Part shown: positions 10,556-21,666 of the stretch, piece by piece | How the letters are laid out: every line of letters starts with the position of its first letter | Position numbering within the stretch: the first letter of the stretch is position 1 | Assembly (NCBI GenBank): GCA_001275005.1 | Contig: JWZX01003360.1 | Coordinates: forward strand, 1 to 44,382 | DNA from: Chrysochromulina tobinii | Lineage: Eukaryota | DNA length: 44,382 nt | Direction of reading: 5' to 3' | Made by a program: the position numbers and the translations under genes | Notes under the pieces: generated by a model | The model's database searches: none | Seen by the model: only the letters and a program-made list of their open reading frames with translations | Told to the model about the DNA's origin: nothing

Positions 10556-12281
10556 GCCGAGGAGGAAAACTCTTCACACCTACTTCACAGCTCCTTCACA
10601 CGCCTTGAGCGAGGATGAGCACGATGCGCGCCAAGAAGCGACGCGTGGCTCGGTCGACGGGCTGGCTCGTGGGGGGCAGAGGAGTAGAGCGGGCTCACAA
10701 GTCGTGCAGGATCGGGTCGAGGTTGCACCCAGCGAGAACGGCACGGGCCCAGCCCCACAGCTCAGTACGGTGCTCGGGCGGAGCTCGGACCTTGCACATT
10801 AAATGATGATTGCATGTTGGAAATCGGAGTGAAACAGTATGATGAATTTGCGACTTGGAATATGTTTGTTGCAATTCGGGATCTTCGCCCCGCCCGCGCG
10901 ACGGGACCCGCGGGGCGCGGATTCCGGATCGACCGTTACACAGATCTCGGGGATGCGCGGTCGTACCACGTACGCGCCCGGCGATTGCCATGGCGATTGC
11001 CCGCCCGACGTTAAGTTGCCGTATAGCTTTCGAGTATAGCTTCGACGAATTTTCGGGGTATGCGGTATCGCGGTACCGGGGTACAATGATACCGCGAAGC
11101 TACAGCGCCCCCGGGGCCACGAGCCCGCATACGCGACCACGCATCATGCGCGACCAAGAGTCACCACAAAACAGCTCCACTTAACAACGACACCATGACG
11201 ACAGTACGCGGTGGACGCCACCTCTCTTGACTCTTCGAGAACATCGGCGATTCCGCGTGCTGGAAATTCTCTGTAGACGATACCGGAATAATCGCGTACG
11301 CAATGATCGCTCTTGTTATTCATTGAAAGAGTCCCGGCCTCCCCTCACGTCTCTGAAGCAGAGAGCTCCACGCCTCTCACAATTAATGTCGACAGATGTA
11401 AAAACAGGTTGGTTTGTTTTTTTCTAGTGAGTCGTCCGATGCGTTGGCGGCGAGGGAGGTCTGGTGACGGAGGGAGTCGAACGAGCTCTATCTCGACGGC
11501 GGCGGTGGGTGTTTGCGTTTGGGTTTTTGCTGTGACCAACCTGAAAAGGGGTGCCAGGAGCTGCCTCAAATAGATTTCTGGCCCTTTTGCGCGCTCGGCA
11601 AAAGGCAAGCTCTTGCGACTCTTGCGAGCTTTGTGTGGCGAGCGAAATCAGACCCATGATCACGTTGCTCAGCGCGCAGATGGCGCAGAGCAGCGAGAAG
11701 GTGTCGGTCACCGGCCACTCGTCGGGCTGATCCGTAAAGCGCGCGCGAGGCAACGACGCTCAAAGAATCCCGGCGTGCGCACAAAGGGCCGGAGGAGCAT
11801 GGCCAGCACGAGCCACGCGTGGTCACACATCGAGAGAGCGCAGTCTCGCACGCCCAACCTGGACGCCGCAGGACGGCAGTGAGGGCATCCACAACGAACT
11901 GCCACGACCTCCAGAAGTGATCCACAGTCTCGTGGGCGAGTATTAGCAAACGGTGGACGTCGTCCTCGTCGTGCTCGTGCTCGCAGCGGTAGCCATCGTC
12001 GTCAGCGTCTGCTGCGGCACCACAGCGCTCATCGGCGCCACCAGTCACACTTGAATCTGAAGGTGGATATCTTACACTGGATTTAAAAGCTGCCTCGGAA
12101 AAAAACAATATGTTCTTCGCGGGGGCGAAGCGCGTGCCGTTACCCGTTTGCAGTTAGGGTTAGCGTACCGTAGTTTGAAAGGCGGCGCCGCAATCGCATA
12201 GCTACGGTAACGCCTAGTACCCCTATATACCCGGACTCGCACGGCCCGTCTGGCTGAAATGGACCTCAGTCTAATTGCCAT

Positions 12282-14186
12282 CTAGCACAGCATTTGGACT
12301 CCCGGCTGCATGGCGGTGCGTGCCATCAGACGGCGCTCGCCTTCAACGGCCGCGTACCCCTTGGCGCCGCCGTACGCGTGGGTGGGCGTCACCGAATGCA
12401 TCGTGCTCAGGTTGTCGAAGAGCACCACGTCGCCGGGCTGCCACGCGAGGACCACGAGGTGGGGGGGGCGGGCGGCCGGTGCGAGCAACGCCTCGAGGAA
12501 CGCCTGCGAGTCTGCCCACGACAGGGGGACGCGACGCTCAACACGGCGCCCGTCAGACCTGGTTTCGTCGACCGTTACGGTTTCGTCGACCGTTACGGTT
12601 TCGTCGGCCGTTACGGTTTCGTCGGCCGTTACGGTTTCGTCGACCACCTCCTGCTCCTCGAGGTGGTCGAGGCACACGCAGTGCACGACACAGAACTCGC
12701 GTGCGCTTGTGTCACGCTGCACGAGCGCATGACGAAAGAAGCCGTCGCCGCCGGGTTGAGCGCCGCGATGAGCGCCGTGTTCACCGGAGGCAGTCGCGGT
12801 GCTCGAGCGCTCATCATGGCGCTCAGCGCTTCCGAAAGCGAGCTCCTCGAAGGGTGTGAATTCGAAGGGTGTGAATTCGGTGATGCTCCGGTGCTTGGGT
12901 GCGCCCGCCACGGCGCCTGTGGGGAGTTCCTCGGGCGGCGGCGGCGGGTAGAGCGGAGTGATCCAAGAGGGGGCCATGGACGGGTACTGCCCGTCGACTA
13001 CCCGACCGAAGCCTTCCTTGTAGCAGGCGACCATCCGGCGTGCGCGTGTGCGCAGGGCCGGTGAGGCGAGTTTCAGGGGAAGACGCGTGCTGAAGAAGAG
13101 CGTCGCACCCGCTGGGCAGACCAGCCTGGGTTCGTCGGCCGTTACAGTTTCGTCGGCCGTCACGGTTTCGTCGGCCGTTACGAAACCCGCTGGGCAGACC
13201 AGCCTCGACTCCTCCTGCTCACGACGGCGCCTCGACTCCTCCTGCTCACGACGGCGCCTCGACTCCTCCTGCTCACGACGGCGCCTCGACGCCTCCTCCT
13301 CCGCCGCCGCCGCTGCCGTCGTGAGCGGAACGGACGCGCTGTAGCGGGCGGGCGCTTGGATCGGCGACGGCGCGGAAGCTCGAGCCGTTGATAACGGCTG
13401 CCATCGAAGCGTCATCTCGGGCGATCGGGACGGCGCCTCCTCACAATACATGGACACCACCGCGGGGGGTGGCGGTGCTGTCGCGCTGAAGCCGCCGTCA
13501 TGGTGGAACTGGCACCCAATCTTCTCCCACCTGATGAGGGAGGCCATCCGAGATGGGCATCAGACGTCATCAGTCATGATGAGCAGTCGCAATCAGTGGC
13601 ACCCAATCTTCTCCCACCATGCGGTAGGCTCGAGGCGGCCGCGGAGCCCATGCCACGAAACGTCCTCCGCAAACCCGAGCACATTGGTCTCGGGGAAGTC
13701 CGAGAAGGTCTCCCCGCGGAGATTGCGCCGCGCCCGAGGGTCGGAGCCGCTGTGGTGGGCACTTGCATGCACCCGTTGGTCGGACCCCTCCGCCGCCATC
13801 GCTGCCATCGATGCCATCGGGCTCGTCGCTGTCGTGGCGTTCGCCCTGGGCTTAGGTAAGACGAGCGGGACTGAGGGGTGACACGCGCGGTGCACCTTGG
13901 TATACACATCGCGCAGCTGCTGTGGAGTCAGAGGTGGCTCGGTAGCATCCACACGACGCAGCCGAAGCAACGAGTGCTCACGCAACGCCTCGCCGAGCTC
14001 CCAGAGCCGAGGGTCATCCTCGGAGAGTCCGGCGACAGTCGACGGGCTCAGCTCGCATGCTTGCACTCCCAAACTTGGGCCTAAGGGTACCCACTTGAGC
14101 CGTGCCGCGCGCCGCCGAAGGCTGAGCAGCCGGCGGCCAAGGTAGCCGACGGCCAGAGCGATCAAGGCGCGGGAGAGCCAAAGCAT
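12282..14186 (-). CDS. TauD/TfdA-family Fe(II)/2-oxoglutarate dioxygenase with N-terminal hydrophobic segment; intron 13531-13617
   Basis: LGPSLGVQ, FHHDG (HxD), GATLFFST, WQPGDVVLFDNLSTMHS, RRLMARTAM; intron removal joins ORFs 13593-14399 and 12282-13547 in frame. Confidence 0.85.
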
Positions 14187-14600
14187 GAAGCGCCCGTGGC
14201 AGCGCGGTTCCGTCGAAAAGCCTTCCCATGTCAAGCCCAACCATCCCCTTAGCCACTCCCTCGCACGACGCCCCCACCACGGTCCACGCGGTCCCCTCAC
14301 GATGAAACTCGTCAATCCCCCACATCCATCGCACGCCCCAGCTGCGAAAGGCCCAACTGGAAATAGGCCGGTAGGCGCAAGTACCTTACAAGTACTCAAG
14401 GACCATTCACACTCGCAGTACTCCAGTGCGCCTCTATTACATGTACATTGTATTATCGTTCCATTTTCCCTTGATTAGTGGACGGATTGAGGTTTTTTTT
14501 CCGTCGAGCTCTTCCGAGAAATGATTGCGGATTTCGTTGGGGTGCGTCCGAAAAAAAGGGTGTAACGTGACACGCGGCCGCTTTGGCGGCGCATCCCAAC

Positions 14601-16853
14601 ATGGAAGATGACAGGCAAATGTCAACCGACAGTGTGATAGAAAGCCTCTTCGAGTCGTTGGGCCAGCTCGAGGGCGCCCAGGACTCCAACGGCAAGTCGG
14701 AGCAGAGGAGTATGAGCGCCTTCTTGGCCATGGAGGTGGTGTGCTCATCAGACGTGATGATGGCTGTCGAAGCCGAGCGATCATCCCCCTATAGCTCCAA
14801 CACGGAACGCTCGAGCTTTGATCAAGGCTCGAACGATGCAGGGTCGATGGAATGGCGACTCGCGCCCGCGCCTGCTTCGAACCTTCCATCGCCGCCTGCT
14901 TGGAACGAGATTGAGCACGTGCTGTATACAGCGGGGCAGGCTCCAGCAGCAGCAGCAGCAGTGTTCCCCCACCCGGCGATGGCGCCGGCGATGGCGCCGG
15001 CGATGGCGCAGGCGATGGCGCAGTCGCCTGCGATTTCGCCGGCGATGGCACCGACGCCGACGCCGTTGCACCCATTTCCCCCAACGGGCACGTGGGCCTC
15101 GGCGCCGGCGTGCTCCAGCGCGCCCTTGATGCGGTCACTACAGCCGCTGCACCAAACGTCTCATCAGAAAATGCAGCAACTGCCGCAACAGCCGCTGCAA
15201 CCGCAGCAGCCACCGCAGCCGCAGCAGCCGCAGCAGCCGCCGCAGCCGCAGCCGCGCGCGCACCACTGGGTGATGAGTGATCGGACCGCTCCGGCGAGTC
15301 TTTCCGGTGCGCCAGCCTTTCGCACGATGCTCAACGGCATGCTGCAACCTCCGGGGCTCTCCTCGCATGCAACGGCATGCAATGGCATGCAACCTCCGGG
15401 GCTCTCCTCGCATGCAACGGCATGCAATGGCATGCAACCTCCGGGGCTCTCCTCGCATGCAACGGCATGCAATGGCATGCAACCTCCGGGGCTCTCCTCG
15501 CATCCTATCCGACCGGGCAGCAGCATGCCTGCAAACGCGCCGGGCAGCAGCATGCATGCAACGGCGCCGGGCAATAGCATGCAAGCATACATGCCGTCGC
15601 ATTCAGGCTCGTGGACTGTGCATGATGGACAGTCGTTTGCGACGCAGATGCGCGAGAAGCGCCCTCGTGAGCATCCCCAGCCCCAGCTACAGCGCTACAA
15701 CAGCCTCCCGGCCACCGAGCCTGGCACCCATGCTCCGAGTCAGTCTCCGCTCCAGCGCTACCAATCCATGCCAAGCCAATCCATGTCAAGCCAATCCATG
15801 CCGCTAAGCTCCGCGGCGCTGCAAACGATGCCCACGGTCACCCAAGCGCACGGCGGCTCATACTTTGGCTCCTCTGGGGGGGGAGTGGGGGGAGTGGGGG
15901 GGGGCGGTGCGCCGGGTGCGCCGGGTGCGCCGGGTGCGGCATGGGGCGGGGCTGGGGCCGGGAATCCGTTGCCCCGTGCGCAAAGCGTGATAGACGCTAT
16001 GGCGTACCTAGCGGCCAATGGAGCCGTTGGGGCCGTTTCGACGGGTGGAGCGGCCGCTCCCACGAACCCGAACGGCAGCACGCACGGCGGCCGTCTGTTC
16101 AACCACGTCGCAGCCGGAGGCACAGCTGGCAACAACGGCGCCCAGAACGGCGCCCAGAACGGCGCCCAGAACGGCGCCAGCGGCAGCGGAGTTGTCGGCG
16201 CCCAGGTCGGCGCTTCGGCCGCTGCGGAGGCCGTGGCGGCGGGCTTGTCTCCGGCCTTGGGGACCCTAATGACTGACGGCTTTCAGATCGTGGGCGGAGG
16301 CCTCCAGATGTATAAGTGCTTGCTCGACCTGATACCAAGCCCGATCTTCGTGCGCTCAGGTACGTTGATTGCCACTGATGACCTGCCTGGCATGCAAGTG
16401 CTCACCACAGCGCTCCCCTGCTCTCCGATCTTCGTGCGCTCAGCCGATGGCAAGATCCTGTACACGAACCGATGCGGCTTCGTGACGCTCGGCGAGGCGT
16501 CGAGCGCCCTGCCCGCTGCATGGCAAGTCACGCCCCAGCTCGCCCCTACGACCCACTCGTCGCGCCGTGCAGGGGACAAGGAGGGTGAGGTCGACCTTCC
16601 ACGCGACCCCGTACCGGCCGCCACCGCCACCAACGAGCCGTTGCCGCCGTTGCCCGCGGCTTCGCACGGCTTCTCGGTGCTGATCCAGGGGCGCTCGACT
16701 CCCATCCGGGCTGTGCTCCTGATGCATCGCATCCCATTCTGGCTCGCGAGTGCCGATGGGAGTGCGCACTCGGCGGTGTGCATGTACGTGGCCCCTGTCG
16801 CGGGCTCCGTGTCGCACACCTTCTACCCCACGCACCACAACCCCGAGGTGTAG
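14601..16853 (+). CDS. Low-complexity (P/Q/G-rich) protein with C-terminal PAS-like domain; in-frame intron 16360-16443
   Basis: Long ORF; after removing the intron it reads LLDLIPSPIFVRSADGKILYTN, a typical PAS N-terminus. Confidence 0.65.
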   Translation: MEDDRQMSTDSVIESLFESLGQLEGAQDSNGKSEQRSMSAFLAMEVVCSSDVMMAVEAERSSPYSSNTERSSFDQGSNDAGSMEWRLAPAPASNLPSPPAWNEIEHVLYTAGQAPAAAAAVFPHPAMAPAMAPAMAQAMAQSPAISPAMAPTPTPLHPFPPTGTWASAPACSSAPLMRSLQPLHQTSHQKMQQLPQQPLQPQQPPQPQQPQQPPQPQPRAHHWVMSDRTAPASLSGAPAFRTMLNGMLQPPGLSSHATACNGMQPPGLSSHATACNGMQPPGLSSHATACNGMQPPGLSSHPIRPGSSMPANAPGSSMHATAPGNSMQAYMPSHSGSWTVHDGQSFATQMREKRPREHPQPQLQRYNSLPATEPGTHAPSQSPLQRYQSMPSQSMSSQSMPLSSAALQTMPTVTQAHGGSYFGSSGGGVGGVGGGGAPGAPGAPGAAWGGAGAGNPLPRAQSVIDAMAYLAANGAVGAVSTGGAAAPTNPNGSTHGGRLFNHVAAGGTAGNNGAQNGAQNGAQNGASGSGVVGAQVGASAAAEAVAAGLSPALGTLMTDGFQIVGGGLQMYKCLLDLIPSPIFVRSGTLIATDDLPGMQVLTTALPCSPIFVRSADGKILYTNRCGFVTLGEASSALPAAWQVTPQLAPTTHSSRRAGDKEGEVDLPRDPVPAATATNEPLPPLPAASHGFSVLIQGRSTPIRAVLLMHRIPFWLASADGSAHSAVCMYVAPVAGSVSHTFYPTHHNPEV
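15335..15503 (+). repeat. Coding 45-bp tandem repeat (GMQPPGLSSHATACN) x3-4
   Basis: Visible in DNA and in translation. Confidence 0.85.
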
Positions 16854-17204
16854 CGAGAGGTGGGATAGAGATCAAGTGCGCCGCATTGCGTTCCATGTCC
16901 GTTCCATGAGATGTCAGATGTGCATGTTGCAAGCCGTCCTGTTGCTGCTGCTTCTGCTGCTTCTGCTGCCGACCTGACGGCGCGCTGTGGCAGCCGCATG
17001 TACTATTCTCCCCCGTGCAGTCTACACGCGTGTTCACGCGTGCAATTCATGTCGGATACGGATGGAAAAACGGCACGCATAAAATACACCATTTATGATT
17101 TAAACGACGCACTAACGCTCTTGGCCGGCTTTTTGGCCGCGGGGCAAAGATGATGGACCCCTGAAACGCGTCCACGTCTGAGGCCTGACACTAACTCCTT
17201 GTCG

Positions 17205-20024
17205 TCAATGGAATTTCATTCGGGGTTTGATGGACCGAGAGGTGAGATGGTCCGTGAGCTCACGCGAGCTGATCCGTGAGCGTGCCGACTGCGAGCCATG
17301 CGAACGCTCTGTGCTGTTTCCAGACGTGGCGCCCGTTGGAAACGTGTTTAGTAGGGCCGCTGGCTTCTCCTGGTGCCACACGCTGGGCACATGTCCTTTC
17401 GCCTGTGAGCTTGGTGACATGATTTCTGGTGACACGCTGATGGTTGGTGCCTCGGACGATTCTGCCGCGGCAGCGACGGCCTCAGCCGTTGCCGCTTCGG
17501 CAGCTACGGCCACTACGGCCCCATCTGCTGCCGCCGCTGCCATCTGGACCGCTATAGCCGCTATGGCCTCAGCCGCGGCCGCCTCGACCGCTGCCGCCTC
17601 AGCCGCTAATACCTCGGCCGCTGCCTCCTCAGCCTGTGGGCTAGCTACGTGAAGGGCCACGTACGTCGGCTGCCGCCTCAGCTCCAGCGCACGATTGGGC
17701 ATCCCTTCGGCCACATCGGTCACTGCTGCCTCAGCTGGCGCGGCCTCGGCCTCTGCCGCCTCTGCCGCCTCTGCCGCCTCCGCCTCTGCTGCCTCTGCTG
17801 CCTCTGCTGCTGCTACCTCGGCGGCGGCTGCCTCTGCTGCTGCTACTTCGGCCGCTGCTGCCTCAACCGCAGCCTCGGCCGCTGCGCTTGCGGCCTCAGC
17901 CGCTGCAGCAGATGGCGTTGACACTCGCCGACCGCTCGCTCGGGTCCCATCTCGAGCGTCGTCGGCATTGGGCATGGCGGCTTCGATGCTGGCTAGCGTC
18001 TCAGGCATGGTGCTGGCTGGTGCCTCGGTCAGTTCTGCGGCTGGTGTAGACGGTGATGCGATCCGCTGCTCGTTGGCTTGGATCTGCGCTCGTGTGTGCG
18101 CCTGGAGCTCCGCCAGCTGCCTGATCATCTCCCATTCTTTGGCAACGAGCTTTGCACGCGCATCGTGGACTTGTCGGCTCATCTCCTCCTGCAGCTCAGC
18201 TAGCTGGCGCTGCAGCTCCTCCTCGCGCGCCTCGTGCGAAGCATGCTGATCCTGCCTATCCCTTTCTTGGTCGGCGAGCTGTACGCGCAGCTGCGCCTGA
18301 ACGTCAGCTGACTCGTTCATCTGCGCCTGGAACTCAGCCTCACGTGCGACTGCCTGCGCGCGCATCTTGGCATCTTTAGCCGCAAGGGCCGCGCCTACCT
18401 CCTCCTCCTTATCCGCCAGCATGAAACGCATCGCTTCGATCTGCTGTTGGGCTTCTTCCTCCTTGAGGGCCATCAGCTTGCACACCTCCTCATCTTTCGC
18501 TACTAGCGTCTCCTCCATCTCAGTCTCCTGTGCTGCCAGGCGCGCGTGCAAACTCTCGAGTTCCTTTTTCTTCTCTGCAAGCTGCATGTGGAGCTCATCG
18601 CGCTCGACGCGCCATGCCTCTTCCCGCATCGCAAGCATCTCTTGCATCGCGAGCGCCTTCTGTTGCCAGCTCAAGTGTGTGTCGCCCATGATTTGAGCTA
18701 CGCCTCCTGAATCGTGATCGCCGCATGCTGCCGAAGCGATCGCACAGGCGTCGAACGCTTGCATCGCGGCCGCGGCCTCGAGCAGTGCGGCACACTCTGC
18801 ATGGCCTCGTTGCCAGGCGGTTTGTAGCGGCGTCTGGCCATGCCATTCATGCTCCAAGTCCGCGCCGGCGTCAATGAGAATGCGGGCGCATTCGGTCCGC
18901 CCGTACGCGCAGCAGGCAACGAGTGGTGTGCGGCCGTCGCTGGCAGACATCGAGGGGTTCGCCGACGCGGCGATGAGCAGCGTCACGCAATGGACGTGAT
19001 CCGCCCAGCAGGCGACGTACAGCGGCGACGCCCCATCATTGTCCGCGCGGTCGACGGTCGCTCCGGCGTCGATCAGCAGGCGCAAACAGGGTTCAGAGCC
19101 GCGCACGCATGCCTTGTAGAGCGCGGTGCCTCCGTCATCGTCTGCAGCGTCGACGTCAGCTCGAGCGTCGAGGAGCAGTTGCGCGCACTCTGCGTTGCCA
19201 TTGTAGCAGCTAATGAGCAGAGGCGTGTGCCCATCGCCCGTCGCTCGCGCGACGTCGGCATTGTGGCGAAGCAGGAACGCGACGCACCCGACGTGCCCGC
19301 GCAGGCAACTCAGAAAGAGCGCCGTTCTGCCCTCGTCATCAGCCCCGTCCAAGTCTGCTCCGGCTTCGAGAAGGAGCTCTATGCATCGCTCGTGGCCCTC
19401 TGATGCGGCCTTGTGCAATGCGCTGGAGCCCCCTTCGTCTACTTTGCTCAGATCGGCGCCTCCTTCTAGCAAGACCTCGAGACACTCCGCATGGCCGAGC
19501 TCACAGCTCGCCATTAAAGCGTTGCGGCCCTCGCCATCGGTCATGTTGGGGTCCACATGCTCAGCTAGGAGCTGGCGGAGCTCTGAAATCGCGTTGTGCT
19601 CCGCTGCACTCAGCACGTTGTGGCGCCCCACGTTGACCGGCGGGATGAAGGACGGGATCACCACTTTGATGCTAGGCACTAGAGGCAGTCTCCCACTCCG
19701 CAGCTCGCGGCTGCTGCTGAGGGCGGAGCCTTGGAGGCTCAACGTGTCGGTGCCCGTTCTATCGGTGCCGGACTCCTCCTCAAGAGCATATCCGTCGCAC
19801 GCAGCAGGTAGCCCTGCACCAACTGCATCAAGCTCAGCGACCTCAGCTTCCTTGGCATAGCTGACGGGCTGGCCTTCACATAATAAAGGTCCCTTGAAGG
19901 AAAGTGAATTGGAATCTTCCTCCTCCTCATCGTCGCTGGACTCGCCAACAAACTGAGGTCTGCTCAGCATGGGACCTCTTGGTGTTGGCAGGTTGAGCAG
20001 GGGCACCTTGACAGCCTTGGCCAT
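17205..20024 (-). CDS. Ankyrin-repeat protein with coiled-coil and Ala/Glu-rich C-terminus
   Basis: About 8 ANK repeats (GRNALMAS, GSSALHKA, GRTALFLS, GHTPLLIS, GGTALYKA, GASPLYVA, GRTPLVAC, GQTPLQTA); intronless; start codon uncertain. Confidence 0.88.
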   Translation of the reverse strand: MAKAVKVPLLNLPTPRGPMLSRPQFVGESSDDEEEEDSNSLSFKGPLLCEGQPVSYAKEAEVAELDAVGAGLPAACDGYALEEESGTDRTGTDTLSLQGSALSSSRELRSGRLPLVPSIKVVIPSFIPPVNVGRHNVLSAAEHNAISELRQLLAEHVDPNMTDGEGRNALMASCELGHAECLEVLLEGGADLSKVDEGGSSALHKAASEGHERCIELLLEAGADLDGADDEGRTALFLSCLRGHVGCVAFLLRHNADVARATGDGHTPLLISCYNGNAECAQLLLDARADVDAADDDGGTALYKACVRGSEPCLRLLIDAGATVDRADNDGASPLYVACWADHVHCVTLLIAASANPSMSASDGRTPLVACCAYGRTECARILIDAGADLEHEWHGQTPLQTAWQRGHAECAALLEAAAAMQAFDACAIASAACGDHDSGGVAQIMGDTHLSWQQKALAMQEMLAMREEAWRVERDELHMQLAEKKKELESLHARLAAQETEMEETLVAKDEEVCKLMALKEEEAQQQIEAMRFMLADKEEEVGAALAAKDAKMRAQAVAREAEFQAQMNESADVQAQLRVQLADQERDRQDQHASHEAREEELQRQLAELQEEMSRQVHDARAKLVAKEWEMIRQLAELQAHTRAQIQANEQRIASPSTPAAELTEAPASTMPETLASIEAAMPNADDARDGTRASGRRVSTPSAAAAEAASAAAEAAVEAAAAEVAAAEAAAAEVAAAEAAEAAEAEAAEAAEAAEAEAAPAEAAVTDVAEGMPNRALELRRQPTYVALHVASPQAEEAAAEVLAAEAAAVEAAAAEAIAAIAVQMAAAAADGAVVAVAAEAATAEAVAAAAESSEAPTISVSPEIMSPSSQAKGHVPSVWHQEKPAALLNTFPTGATSGNSTERSHGSQSARSRISSRELTDHLTSRSIKPRMKFH

Positions 20025-20222
20025 CTTGGCTGGACGGCTGACACCGGGTGCACGGGCCGTGCTATTTGTGATCCAAGGGGACCGCACGAAAAAAGTCAGG
20101 TGGCGACCGACTGTGTGAGCAGCGGGCCGGGCCCAATATGACCTTCATAATCGTTTCGACGTCATTGACAAATTAATGAAATCTATCGATGAGAAGCTAC
20201 CGGTACCCGCGCGGCGATCTAT

Positions 20223-21134
20223 CTAATCTACGCACTCATCGAGGCCATCGCACACCCTGGCGGACGCGTGAAGCGGATGTGTAAAGCGTCCCGCCCAACC
20301 CTGATCCTGCAGGTAATAGACGGATTCCAGAGTCAAGCCGTGCGCAGGCGCGGGCGGGGGCAGCAGGTCCCGGTCCCGCGAGGCAACCAAGCCGGGTACG
20401 TCCGCCGGTCCGATCTTGTGCGTGCCGACCGCGAGAAGGAGGCCAACCATGTTGCGCACCATCTTAAACAGTGCTGACTGCACATGGAAGTCCGCGCGCA
20501 AGTTCCCACAGCCCTCGTCGACCACGCGCAAGTCGCGTATGATGCGCGTGGTGAGAACGCGATCGAGCTCCCGCGGCGGCGGTTCACCGGCTCGCCGGTT
20601 GGCAAAGGCGGCACAGTCCAGCTTGCCGAGCAAGTGACCAGCGGCGGCGTTCATCGCGTCGAGATCGAGGGGGAGATGATGAGCATGGTGCCGAGATCGA
20701 ACATCGAGGGGGTCCCAGTGCGGGCCGGTGCTCAGTCGGTAACTGTACAGCTTGCCCGTCGCCCACAAGCGTGCGTGCCACAAGCGACCGGCCTCGTCGG
20801 TCTCCAGCGCCTCCTCCACGTTGGAGACACGCAGCTCGGGAGGACACAGCGCGTTGAGGCTACGGGCAAGCGCCTCGCCGCTCGGAAAGTTGCCGTTTCG
20901 GCCCTGCGCAAGGTCGAAATGGATGGCTTGGCCACGGGCGTGCACGCCTGCATCGGTACGGCTCGCGCCGTTCACGCTGACTTGCTGCCGCGTGCACTGG
21001 GCGAGCGCCACCTGGAGCACGTCTGCGACGGCGCGCTTGTTGGGCTGTGTTTGGAAGCCTGTGAACGCGGAGCCGTCATAGAGCACGCGAGCTCGATAGC
21101 GGCGCAGGGAAGACGAAGCATCGAGAAATAGCAT
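20223..21134 (-). CDS. truA: tRNA pseudouridine synthase A family; 5' end uncertain
   Basis: YDGSAFTGFQ, ASRTDAGVHARGQ, KLYSY, FKMVRNMVG, APAHGLTL. Confidence 0.92.
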   Translation of the reverse strand: MLFLDASSSLRRYRARVLYDGSAFTGFQTQPNKRAVADVLQVALAQCTRQQVSVNGASRTDAGVHARGQAIHFDLAQGRNGNFPSGEALARSLNALCPPELRVSNVEEALETDEAGRLWHARLWATGKLYSYRLSTGPHWDPLDVRSRHHAHHLPLDLDAMNAAAGHLLGKLDCAAFANRRAGEPPPRELDRVLTTRIIRDLRVVDEGCGNLRADFHVQSALFKMVRNMVGLLLAVGTHKIGPADVPGLVASRDRDLLPPPAPAHGLTLESVYYLQDQGWAGRFTHPLHASARVCDGLDECVD

Positions 21135-21666
21135 CGATGGATTCGCGACGATCGCGCAGGAGCAGCGTTGAACGCAGGGAGCATTTCAAGGGAGAAGAAT
21201 GCGTAACCTCCGCTGGTGTGAACGCATCCGTGCTGCTGCTGTTCAACACAACGCGCGCACACACTCCGGACCCCCAAGCACGAGGGCCACGATCGCTATG
21301 TATGTACCGGTCCGGTGTCTTGGGTGTCGAATTCTAAACATTGGCTGTGAACGTACCGGTAAAAAGACACCGGGGGGAGCCGGGACACACACGAGAACTT
21401 ACCGGCAGAGTTGTGCAGTGTGAACTGGCTGTTAGAATGATTTGTGCTTTTGTGCAGACCTAGTGCAGACCACCCGACTCTTGCTTGTTGCTGTGAGAGC
21501 TCCCTGTCCGGTCCGACTCGCACACTCACTCACTCACTCACTCTGCAGTGCACTCGCACCGCAACGAACACACACCGCCCTCGCGCCTCGCCTCTCCACG
21601 CCAGCCACGGCCACGCGCGCGCTCTGGAGCGACCCTCGTTCCCTCTCTGTCGCTCCAGTGACTCTC

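Noticed and set aside
11424..12108. Possible small membrane-protein gene on the minus strand
   Set aside because: Plausible segments lie in three different frames with no recognisable domain or clear splice sites
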